This document shows positions 10,342-18,753 of a stretch of 64,000 bases of DNA, piece after piece (position 1 is the stretch's first letter; the number at the start of each line of letters is the position of its first letter). Source of the stretch: Candidatus Cloacimonadales bacterium (lineage in GTDB: Bacteria; Cloacimonadota; Cloacimonadia; Cloacimonadales; JAFGVF01); contig OY759729.1 of the NCBI GenBank assembly GCA_963662585.1, forward strand, positions 32,001 through 96,000, written 5' to 3'. Below the pieces are notes generated by a model. It saw only the letters and a list, made by a program, of their open reading frames with translations, did no database searches and was not told the DNA's origin. Both the position numbers and the translations under genes were made by a program.

Positions 10342-11098
10342 TTATTATAGACATTTATTAGATTTATTAGCAAATAATAAGTTAGGTTGGAGTGTTACAG
10401 TAACTAATGTAAAAGATTCTTCTCCAGGTAGTTTAGGACAAAAAATGTTAATAGAAAAAGAAAGTGATGAAATATCAGGAACTATTGGTGGAGGAAACTT
10501 AGAATATACTATTATTAATAAAATAAGGAAAGAAGCTCCTAATAAGTTTATGCGTCTAACATATACACTTTCTGAGCAAGCTGAATTAGGTATGGTATGT
10601 GGTGGAGATATTGAATTGATCATTGAACCAATAAATATTCATGAAAGAGTCATAATATTTGGTGCAGGCCACTGTGCTCAAGCATTAGCTTCAATTTTAA
10701 GCAACTTGAATTTTGAAATGGTGATCTATGATAATCGTGATTCATGGTTAAATCCTGAATCTTTTCCAGCTAATACAAAATTAGTCCATGCAGATTTTCA
10801 GGATATTACTAATAATTTGGAAATTTATAGTTCTGATTACTTGATAGTAATGACTTATGGTCATGAGTATGATAATATTGTAGCTGAGCAATTGATTAAA
10901 CTAAATTCAAAATATCTTGGAGTTATGGGAAGTAAAAGTAAGGCAAAAGAACTTAAAGCATTCCTAGACGAGAATAATTCCCTAGAGAAGATTAGCAAAA
11001 TTAATTGTCCCATCGGCTTACCTATTAATTCACGCACTCCTTATGAAATAGCTGTGAGCATTTCTGCTGAGCTAATTAAGATGAGAAATATAAAGTAA
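10334..11098 (+). CDS. XdhC/CoxI-family Mo-hydroxylase maturation factor
   Basis: SSPG, GTIGGGNLE, GMVCGG, FGAGH, YLGVMGS, PIGL..TPYEIAVSI. Confidence 0.9.
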   Translation: MNNYYRHLLDLLANNKLGWSVTVTNVKDSSPGSLGQKMLIEKESDEISGTIGGGNLEYTIINKIRKEAPNKFMRLTYTLSEQAELGMVCGGDIELIIEPINIHERVIIFGAGHCAQALASILSNLNFEMVIYDNRDSWLNPESFPANTKLVHADFQDITNNLEIYSSDYLIVMTYGHEYDNIVAEQLIKLNSKYLGVMGSKSKAKELKAFLDENNSLEKISKINCPIGLPINSRTPYEIAVSISAELIKMRNIK

Positions 11099-11243
11099 GT
11101 TATTACATAAATACTCTTTTTATCCCTGTTTTCATTATTGATTTCTAAATACTTGAGCAGCGATTTATTTTAATTAAAGTAATGGATAATAAGATAAATA
11201 GCCTAATTAATAATCTTTATTGGGCAAGAAAATATTAAATAAG

Positions 11244-11272
11244 TTGACATAAATTTAAAAGATATATATATA
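11244..11272 (+). promoter_or_regulatory. Candidate sigma70 promoter
   Basis: TTGACA-17 bp-TATATA, then GAGGA RBS before the ATG at 11290. Confidence 0.45.
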
Positions 11273-11289
11273 TGATTTAAGAGGATATA

Positions 11290-14200
11290 ATGAGAGAAAA
11301 TAAAAAAATCTTAGATAGAGTAAGAATACTTAATTTTTACATGATACTTGGAAGTTTAGTATTAGTGGCTTCAATATCTATTGTCATTGATTATTATTAT
11401 TATCGAATTAATTTAGATTTTTTGAACACTAAGCGAATATCTGATACTCAACGGAATTTGCAAAATATCAACAATCGTATTAAAAGATTCTCTCAAAATA
11501 TGTATAGTAATGTCGATGATATGATTGTCGATTTAATCAAACAACAAACAGAGCAAGGTAAAGTTGTTGTAGAACACATTTTGCTAAAATATCAGGATAG
11601 AACATTTACCGAGAAAATGGAGCATATTGAGAATGCTCTAAGAGTTACAAAGTTCTTTAATAATCGTGGATATTATTATATTATGGATAAGAAAGGAAAA
11701 ATGATTTTCAACTCTGTTTTCACTGATTTAGAAAATACCATGCTAACAGAAGATGATTACATCCTTTCAGCAAAAAAAGTCATGAGAGAAGGTGATGAAG
11801 GTCTCTTTAAAGGAATGATGCGAAAACCTGGCTTTAAAGATACTGAATCCTTTTTAAAATGGAGCTACATTTCTCGAATAAAAGACACTGATTGGTATAT
11901 AGGGACTGGTGAGTATTACTATGATTTCATTAAGGAGTATAAAGAAGAATTATTAAAAAATATTAGTATTTTGAGGAATAACCATTATGGTTTCTTCTAT
12001 ATAATTGATATTTCAACAGGTAGCTTTATTTTCAAAGATAATGAAATTATAAAAAATCCCGTCAGTATCTATATTTCTCCATCCAAAGATGATGATAAGA
12101 TTTTTGAAGATGCTATAAAGGTTACTCAGAGGGATGGAGAAGGATTTTCAAATTTCTATTTTGCTGAAAATAATATTAGTGGTATAGAAAACGCATTGGT
12201 AAATGTTGTTAAAATACCAGAATTAAATTGGCTAATTTCTTCAGGAGTTTATCAAGGAGATATAAATTCATATTTCGAGAGTGACAGAGCTCTATTCATA
12301 AAGAAAGCAAAAGTTAATTTGATTGTTATATTATTTGCAATTACAATGATTATTATTTTTTATAGTTATTTTAATAAGAAAATTATTAACAGATTAAAAG
12401 ACTTGTTTGAAACCTTAAAAGCCTTTTTCAAAGATTCTATTCAAACTGATCAATTAATGAATAGAGATAAACTCCATTATGATGAATTTGTTGCTATAGC
12501 AGATTCTGTTAATAAAATGTTGATAGCTAAAAAGGGGGTATCAGACGCATTAGTAAAAGATAAAATTTATATAGATCAGTTGATGATAGAAAATCCTGAG
12601 GCTATTGCCTTGGTAGATAAAGATAGTAAAATTATGAAAATTAATCCAGCTTTTACAAAGTTATTTTCATATACAATTGATGAGTGTAAAGGTATAAATA
12701 TAGACGATTTATTGTGCTCAAGTAAAGAACTAGAAAATGCTAGGAATAATACTTTAAAAGTGGGAACAGGTATTACTGTACAATTTTATGCTAACCGTAT
12801 ATCGAAAGATGGTAAAATAATGAATATGTACATAACTGGAATTCCTGTAATGTACCAGCAAAAAGTACAAGCAGTTTTTGCAATTTATCAAGATAAGACA
12901 GAAATGATTAATCATGAGATTACTTTAAAAATCGCTTCTGATCAAGCATTAGAAGCTGCAAAAACTAAATCACAATTCTTGGCAAATATGAGCCATGAGA
13001 TTAGAACTCCAATGAATGGAGTTATTGGTATGACAGATTTGTTATCGAAAACTGAACTTAATGATGAACAAAAGGATTATGTTGAAACAATAAAAATCTC
13101 TGGTGAAAGCTTACTAAGAGTGATTAATGATATTTTGGACTTCTCAAAATTAGAATCAGGGAAATACAATTTTAACTATACTGATTTTGAATTATCTACA
13201 TGTATTGAAAAATCTTTAGATGTAATTGCCTTAAAGGTACAAGAAAAAGGTGTTAAATTGACTTATGCGATTGATAGTGATGTCCCTCTGTATATTAATT
13301 CTGACTTTGACAGGTTAAAACAGGTGCTCATAAATCTTTTAAACAATGCTTATAAGTTCACTAATTCTGGTTACATAAAGGTTAGTGTAAGCAAAGTAAA
13401 ATATGAAAACAATACATACACATTAAAATTCAAAGTATCTGATACAGGAATTGGAATACCACAAGAAAAGATTCATACTATTTTTGATTCTTTCTCTCAA
13501 GTTGATTCATCATCTTCTAGGAATTATACAGGAACTGGTCTAGGACTTGCTATATCAGAGGCGATTGTTCATAATTTTAAAGGTGATATATGGGTTGAAT
13601 CTAAGCTTAACATTGGCTCATCAGTTATTTTCACTATAGAAACCGAATCAAGAATAATCACTGATTATAATAACAAGATTAGTACACTTTTAGATGTTAA
13701 AGTTGGTATTATTGCTAGTGAAGAAGAATTTGATAATGTTTCTTCAATATTATCTTCTCGTGTCAATCATGTAGAACATGTTGCTGATAGTGAATCACTT
13801 AATGGAATTGATGAATTCTATGAAAATTGGGATATTCTAGTTATAGATTATCATCTATTTTCATCTTTTTCTGAAAATATAATGTCTTTTATTACTAAAA
13901 TTAGTTCTCCAGCGCTTACAGTTATATTCTTAAAGAATATTAAGGATGAAAAAAGAGAAATTAGCAATATTAATGCTAATATTCACTATTTAAATTATCC
14001 TATTCATAAGAACAAACTTATCAAAACAATCGGAGTTGTGTCTGGTTTTAGTAAGCCAGATGATAAAGATGAAGAGGTTTTCCCTATTGATTTGATTTCT
14101 GAACTTAAAATACTAGTTGCAGAGGATAATCTTATTAATCAAAAACTAATGCAAAGGCTTTTTAGTAAAATAGGTATTACTGTTGATTTGGCTAATGATG

Positions 14201-14475
14201 GACAAGAAGCTTTAGAAATGGCTTTGAAAGTTTCTTATAACATGATATTTATGGATATACAGATGCCAAGGTTAGATGGTTTGAAGGCTACGGAACAAAT
14301 CAGGGAAGTATTGAAAGATAAAGCTCCTACAATTATAGCTTTAACTGCCAATGTTTTACCTGAAGATAAAGAGAAATGTATCGACTCAGGTATGGTTGCA
14401 TTTTTACCAAAACCTGTAAAAATAGCAGATATTGAAAAGATCTTGTATAAAATTATCAAAAAGGAGATTTTATGA
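11290..14475 (+). CDS. Hybrid sensor histidine kinase (TM-Cache-Cache-TM-PAS-HisKA-HATPase-degenerate REC-REC)
   Basis: RGYYYIMD...WYIGTG and WLISSGVY Cache motifs; NPAF PAS; FLANMSHEIRTPMNG; DTGIGI; GTGLGL; AEDN...MDIQMP...KP. Confidence 0.93.
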   Translation: MRENKKILDRVRILNFYMILGSLVLVASISIVIDYYYYRINLDFLNTKRISDTQRNLQNINNRIKRFSQNMYSNVDDMIVDLIKQQTEQGKVVVEHILLKYQDRTFTEKMEHIENALRVTKFFNNRGYYYIMDKKGKMIFNSVFTDLENTMLTEDDYILSAKKVMREGDEGLFKGMMRKPGFKDTESFLKWSYISRIKDTDWYIGTGEYYYDFIKEYKEELLKNISILRNNHYGFFYIIDISTGSFIFKDNEIIKNPVSIYISPSKDDDKIFEDAIKVTQRDGEGFSNFYFAENNISGIENALVNVVKIPELNWLISSGVYQGDINSYFESDRALFIKKAKVNLIVILFAITMIIIFYSYFNKKIINRLKDLFETLKAFFKDSIQTDQLMNRDKLHYDEFVAIADSVNKMLIAKKGVSDALVKDKIYIDQLMIENPEAIALVDKDSKIMKINPAFTKLFSYTIDECKGINIDDLLCSSKELENARNNTLKVGTGITVQFYANRISKDGKIMNMYITGIPVMYQQKVQAVFAIYQDKTEMINHEITLKIASDQALEAAKTKSQFLANMSHEIRTPMNGVIGMTDLLSKTELNDEQKDYVETIKISGESLLRVINDILDFSKLESGKYNFNYTDFELSTCIEKSLDVIALKVQEKGVKLTYAIDSDVPLYINSDFDRLKQVLINLLNNAYKFTNSGYIKVSVSKVKYENNTYTLKFKVSDTGIGIPQEKIHTIFDSFSQVDSSSSRNYTGTGLGLAISEAIVHNFKGDIWVESKLNIGSSVIFTIETESRIITDYNNKISTLLDVKVGIIASEEEFDNVSSILSSRVNHVEHVADSESLNGIDEFYENWDILVIDYHLFSSFSENIMSFITKISSPALTVIFLKNIKDEKREISNINANIHYLNYPIHKNKLIKTIGVVSGFSKPDDKDEEVFPIDLISELKILVAEDNLINQKLMQRLFSKIGITVDLANDGQEALEMALKVSYNMIFMDIQMPRLDGLKATEQIREVLKDKAPTIIALTANVLPEDKEKCIDSGMVAFLPKPVKIADIEKILYKIIKKEIL

Positions 14476-15089
14476 AAAGGTGTGTTTTATTAATTCTAAC
14501 TTTCTTTGTTTTATCGATGATTCAATTAAATGGTATTGAAACAGAAATATTCAATCAAGATGGGGCTCTTAAAGTTGAAAAAAACGATAGTGATTATCTA
14601 AGTGGTTTAGGATTTACTGCAGGAAAAATATCAGGTGTAGGTTTTGCATATAGGCGGTATTTTGCTAAAAGTGGAGTTCAATTCACTTTTGGTTTGTTAT
14701 CAAACGCGGATAAAGTGCCAAGTTTTCCTGATGAATCATATTCTGATACAAGAAGTAAAACAGGTTGGGATGTTGATGGTTGGTTAAGTTTTATGTATTT
14801 AAGAACTATAAGAGAAAGCGATGATACTAGATTCTACTATTTTTTGGGAGGAAGTATGAATATTGATTATTCCAAAAAATACACCCAGAATTATGAAAAT
14901 AATATTGCCTATGGTGATCCTATAAAAAAGATTCGTAATGATAATTCTTATTATTTTGGACCAGGAATCGGACTTGATTTTCGAGTAAGTAAATACATCT
15001 CATTTATTGTTGAATTGCCAATATCTATTTCTTCTGATAAAAAGATTGAGACTTACATACCACAAGGAAGCATACAAGTAAAATTTTAA
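14472..15089 (+). CDS. Secreted protein, probable small outer-membrane beta-barrel
   Basis: Signal peptide, Gly/aromatic-rich strands (GLGFTAG, GVGFAYR, FGPGIGLDF), C-terminal Phe; ATGA overlap with the kinase. Confidence 0.55.
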   Translation: MKRCVLLILTFFVLSMIQLNGIETEIFNQDGALKVEKNDSDYLSGLGFTAGKISGVGFAYRRYFAKSGVQFTFGLLSNADKVPSFPDESYSDTRSKTGWDVDGWLSFMYLRTIRESDDTRFYYFLGGSMNIDYSKKYTQNYENNIAYGDPIKKIRNDNSYYFGPGIGLDFRVSKYISFIVELPISISSDKKIETYIPQGSIQVKF

Positions 15090-15211
15090 TAGTTTTAATC
15101 TTGTAAATGCAATGTTCAAAAGTTAAGCATAGATTTAAATTGACTTTCTTCCGGATTTTAATAGAAGAAGCTAATAATTTTAAATAATATATATAATAAG
15201 GTGGAGAATTG

Positions 15212-16423
15212 ATGAAATTAGAAGGAAAAGTAGTTGTGGCTCAAGGTGGTGGACCAACTGCCGTCATTAATCAGTCATTAGTTGGCGTCGTTTTAGAGTC
15301 ACGCAAATTTCAACAAGTAACTAGAGTTTATGGAGCTGAGCATGGAGTCGATGGTATTCTCAATGAGAATTTCTTTGATTTAAGTCAAGAAACAACCAAT
15401 AATTTAGAAAAAGTTGCTCAAACTCCATCATCCGCACTCCTTTCAACTAGAGTAAAACCAGATGTTAAGTATTGTCAAGAAATGTTTAAAGTCCTAAAAG
15501 CTCATGATGTAAGATATTTCTTTTACATTGGTGGGAATGACTCTTCAGACACTGTTAGAATAGTCAATCAAGAGGCTGAGAATGCTTCTTATGAATTTAG
15601 AGCTATTCATATCCCCAAGACAATTGATAATGATTTAGTATTAAATGATCATACTCCTGGATTTGGATCAGCAGCAAGATTTGTAGCAAATGCTTTTGCT
15701 GGAGCTAACTTAGACAATCGTGCTTTACCTGGCGTTTATATTGGGGTAGTAATGGGAAGACATGCAGGCTTTCTAACCGCAGCCTCAGCGCTAGCAAAGA
15801 AATATCCAGATGATGGACCTCATTTAATTTACCTTCCTGAAAGAAGATTCCAGATAAGTAAATTTTTAGAAGATGTTAAGAAAACCTATGCTCAATATGG
15901 ACGCTGTGTTATTGCAGTATCAGAAGGTATTTCAGATGAGAATGGAATCCCCATTGTTACCAAGTTATCTAAACATCAAGAGATGGATGCTCATGGAAAT
16001 GTTCAACTTTCAGGTACTGGTGCTTTAGGCGATCTATTAGCAGATGAAATTAGAAGTAAATTAAAGATAATGAGAGTTCGCTCAGACACTTTTGGTTATT
16101 TACAAAGATCATTTTTAGATTGTGTTTCTGATGTTGACCAACAAGAAGCAAGAGAAGTAGGGGAGAAGGCAGCTCATTTTGCTATTTGGCACAATTTAGA
16201 CGGCTCAATAAGTATTAAGAGAACTGGTAATTATTCTGTTAATTATTCCCTAGAAAAATTAGAAGATATTGCAGGTAAGACTAGAGTTATGCCAGATAAT
16301 TTTATCTCAGCAGATAATAATAATGTTACCCAAGATTTTCTTTTCTATTGCCGTCCTTTAGTTGGATCAGGCTTCAAACAAGCTCATCGTTTAAGAGTAC
16401 CAAGAGCTGATAAAATTTTATAA
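15212..16423 (+). CDS. pfp: 6-phosphofructokinase, probably pyrophosphate-dependent
   Basis: QGGGPT, GGNDS and PKTIDND (Asp/Lys pair typical of PPi-PFK), VMGRHAG; RBS GGTGGAG before the ATG at 15212. Confidence 0.82.
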   Translation: MKLEGKVVVAQGGGPTAVINQSLVGVVLESRKFQQVTRVYGAEHGVDGILNENFFDLSQETTNNLEKVAQTPSSALLSTRVKPDVKYCQEMFKVLKAHDVRYFFYIGGNDSSDTVRIVNQEAENASYEFRAIHIPKTIDNDLVLNDHTPGFGSAARFVANAFAGANLDNRALPGVYIGVVMGRHAGFLTAASALAKKYPDDGPHLIYLPERRFQISKFLEDVKKTYAQYGRCVIAVSEGISDENGIPIVTKLSKHQEMDAHGNVQLSGTGALGDLLADEIRSKLKIMRVRSDTFGYLQRSFLDCVSDVDQQEAREVGEKAAHFAIWHNLDGSISIKRTGNYSVNYSLEKLEDIAGKTRVMPDNFISADNNNVTQDFLFYCRPLVGSGFKQAHRLRVPRADKIL

Positions 16424-16432
16424 TTTATAACT

Positions 16433-16470
16433 AAAGTGAGTGTAACATAAATTTGTTACACTCACTTTTT
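16433..16470 (+). terminator. Rho-independent terminator
   Basis: AAAGTGAGTGTAACA-6 nt-TGTTACACTCACTTT plus T tract directly after the pfp stop. Confidence 0.85.
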
Positions 16471-16637
16471 ATTAATGATGCTAAGAATATTAACTCCAAT
16501 TATGAGCTAGAACTGAAGTACATTATGGAAAGAGATTAGGAATATAACATAGAAATTCTTTGTTAATAAATTAAGACTGATTATCATTTATTATGAACTA
16601 TTACTAAGATTTATTTTAACCAAAAAGAGGATTTAAT

Positions 16638-17192
16638 ATGAAAGTAACTAAACAGATTCAAGAAAAGTTATTAGAACATGCAAGATTGGTTATAGAAAAC
16701 TATTTACAATCAACTGAATACAGTTATGAAGTTCCAAAAACATCAATTTTAGGTAAAAAACACGGTATATTTTTAACAATTTTTGTTGATGATAAGTTGA
16801 GGGGAAGCTTAGGTTATGTTGATAGTGAGCAATGTATTATGGAAAGTGTTAATGAATTAGCAAAGGCCGTTTGTGATGGAAGTGAGAAATATCCTAAACT
16901 CGAGAAGTTTGAACTTCCATATTTATCAATTCAGGTCAATATCTTTTCCGCTCTTAAACAGATTTATGAGAAGCAAGAGATAAAAATTGGCAAACACGGA
17001 CTTTATGTTAATCATCCTGAGGGTGAAGGTCTTTTGTTTCCTCAAGAAGCTGTTGATATGGATTTCGATGAAGTTATATTTTTAAATGAAGTTTGTCACA
17101 AGGCTGGATTACCATCTTTTACTTGGGAAGATGATGAATGTAAAGTTTATACTTTTGAAACATTAGTTTTTTCTGATAAAGAGAGACATTAG
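16638..17192 (+). CDS. AMMECR1/AmmeMemoRadiSam protein A homologue (divergent)
   Basis: GIFLTI...KLRGSLG, IGKHGLYV, GLLFPQ, KAGLP, FETLVF. Confidence 0.8.
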   Translation: MKVTKQIQEKLLEHARLVIENYLQSTEYSYEVPKTSILGKKHGIFLTIFVDDKLRGSLGYVDSEQCIMESVNELAKAVCDGSEKYPKLEKFELPYLSIQVNIFSALKQIYEKQEIKIGKHGLYVNHPEGEGLLFPQEAVDMDFDEVIFLNEVCHKAGLPSFTWEDDECKVYTFETLVFSDKERH

Positions 17193-17251
17193 GGTTGACT
17201 TAATTCTTATTCTAATTTTATTGTGATTAATAATAATTTAATGAGGAAAAT

Positions 17252-17854
17252 GTGCAGAGAATTACCAATGAAGAGATATATGAAGAGAAAATAGAGAGAA
17301 GTAGATTTATAGTTCACTTAAAGTATGTAGAAGAAGTTGAACAAGCAAAAGATTTCATTAGTAATATTAGTAAAGAGCACAAGAATGCAAATCACAATTG
17401 TTGGGCTTTTGTGATAGGGAAAACAGGGGATTATGCTCATAGTTCAGATAATGGAGAGCCCTCAGGAACAGCAGGTAAGCCTATTCTAAATGCTATTAAT
17501 AAAAGTACTTTAACAAATATAGTTGTAGTAGTTACCCGTTATTTTGGGGGAGTCAAATTAGGGATAAGAGGATTAATTGATGCTTATGGAGGCGTAGTAG
17601 AAAGAGCTATTTCACTAAATAAAACTGAAGAACTAGTTGATTACCATTCATTTTCTGTAACAACTACATACGACTTTCATAATATACTCACACATAAATT
17701 AAAACAGTTTGATTTAGAGATTACCTCAACTAACTTTAGTGCAAATGTTGAATTGAATATTTCTATAACAGAAAAGATATTAACAGAATTTACAGATTTT
17801 TTAGAAGATTTAAAAAATAGTAATAAAATTGAATATATAAAAGAGGAAAAATGA
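17252..17854 (+). CDS. yigZ: YigZ/IMPACT family protein
   Basis: SRFI, ANHNCWAF, DNGEPSGTAG, TRYFGGVKLG. Confidence 0.92.
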   Translation: MQRITNEEIYEEKIERSRFIVHLKYVEEVEQAKDFISNISKEHKNANHNCWAFVIGKTGDYAHSSDNGEPSGTAGKPILNAINKSTLTNIVVVVTRYFGGVKLGIRGLIDAYGGVVERAISLNKTEELVDYHSFSVTTTYDFHNILTHKLKQFDLEITSTNFSANVELNISITEKILTEFTDFLEDLKNSNKIEYIKEEK

Positions 17855-18735
17855 CTTATTTAAACCTATTAATCATAGTCCTAATGTTGCTAGGCTTATG
17901 TACTGCAAATGGCCAAGATTTTAAAATTGTTGAATCAGAAAGTGGAAAGCCTTATGATTTAGATATTCTCACTGCAGAACTTCTTAATTATGATGTAGTT
18001 TTTTTCGGTGAATTACATGATGATTCTTTACTTCATTATTTAGAAGCTGAAATGTTCTCAAGATTAGTTTCTCAGAGTAAAAGCGTAGTTCTTTCTATGG
18101 AAATGTTTGAGCGTGATAACCAGATAGTCTTATCTAATTATATTAGCAATAAGATAGATTATCCTGAATTTTCTCAAAGTGCAAGGTTATGGCCAAACCA
18201 CGAGACAGATTACGAGCCTCTTTTACAAATTGCTAAAGAGTATAATAGAGATGTTATAGCAGCTAATATACCGAGGAGATTTGCCTCTATATTAGCTAGA
18301 GAGGGAGAAGATGCTTTAAGTAAAGTTGATGAAAAAGATAAGAAGTATTTTGCTGAGAAATTACTAGTCTTAGATGATAGGTACAAAACAGAGTTTTATG
18401 AAACAATGAGTAGTATGTCTAAGCAAGGAATGCCAAATAAATCAGGGCATGATATGATTTTAAATATTTATAAAGCTCAATGTTTAAAAGATGACACCAT
18501 GGCAGAGTCTATTAATAATTATCTTTCTAAAAATCCTGAAAGAAAAGTTCTTCATATTAATGGTGATTTTCATAGTCGTTATTATCTTGGAACAGCACAA
18601 AAATTAGCCTTGCTGAATAGTAATTTAAAAATAGCAGTTATTGCTCCAGTAACTTTCTCGCCAGGAGATGAATTAGATTGGAGTCCTGAATTCACAGAAG
18701 CAGGCGATTATCTCATACTTTTTCATAGAAATTAA
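17851..18735 (+). CDS. ChaN-family exported protein
   Basis: Signal peptide, DVVFFGELHD, SMEMFE, LWPN, AANIPR, AQCLKDDTMA, HINGDFH. Confidence 0.85.
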   Translation: MTYLNLLIIVLMLLGLCTANGQDFKIVESESGKPYDLDILTAELLNYDVVFFGELHDDSLLHYLEAEMFSRLVSQSKSVVLSMEMFERDNQIVLSNYISNKIDYPEFSQSARLWPNHETDYEPLLQIAKEYNRDVIAANIPRRFASILAREGEDALSKVDEKDKKYFAEKLLVLDDRYKTEFYETMSSMSKQGMPNKSGHDMILNIYKAQCLKDDTMAESINNYLSKNPERKVLHINGDFHSRYYLGTAQKLALLNSNLKIAVIAPVTFSPGDELDWSPEFTEAGDYLILFHRN

Positions 18736-18753
18736 TAAGGATTAAGAAAATTA

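Noticed and set aside
3..11098. Selenocysteine (TGA) read-through in the Mo-hydroxylase cluster
   Set aside because: The ORFs are full-length and abut or overlap each other; the TGA stops seen are ATGA couplings.
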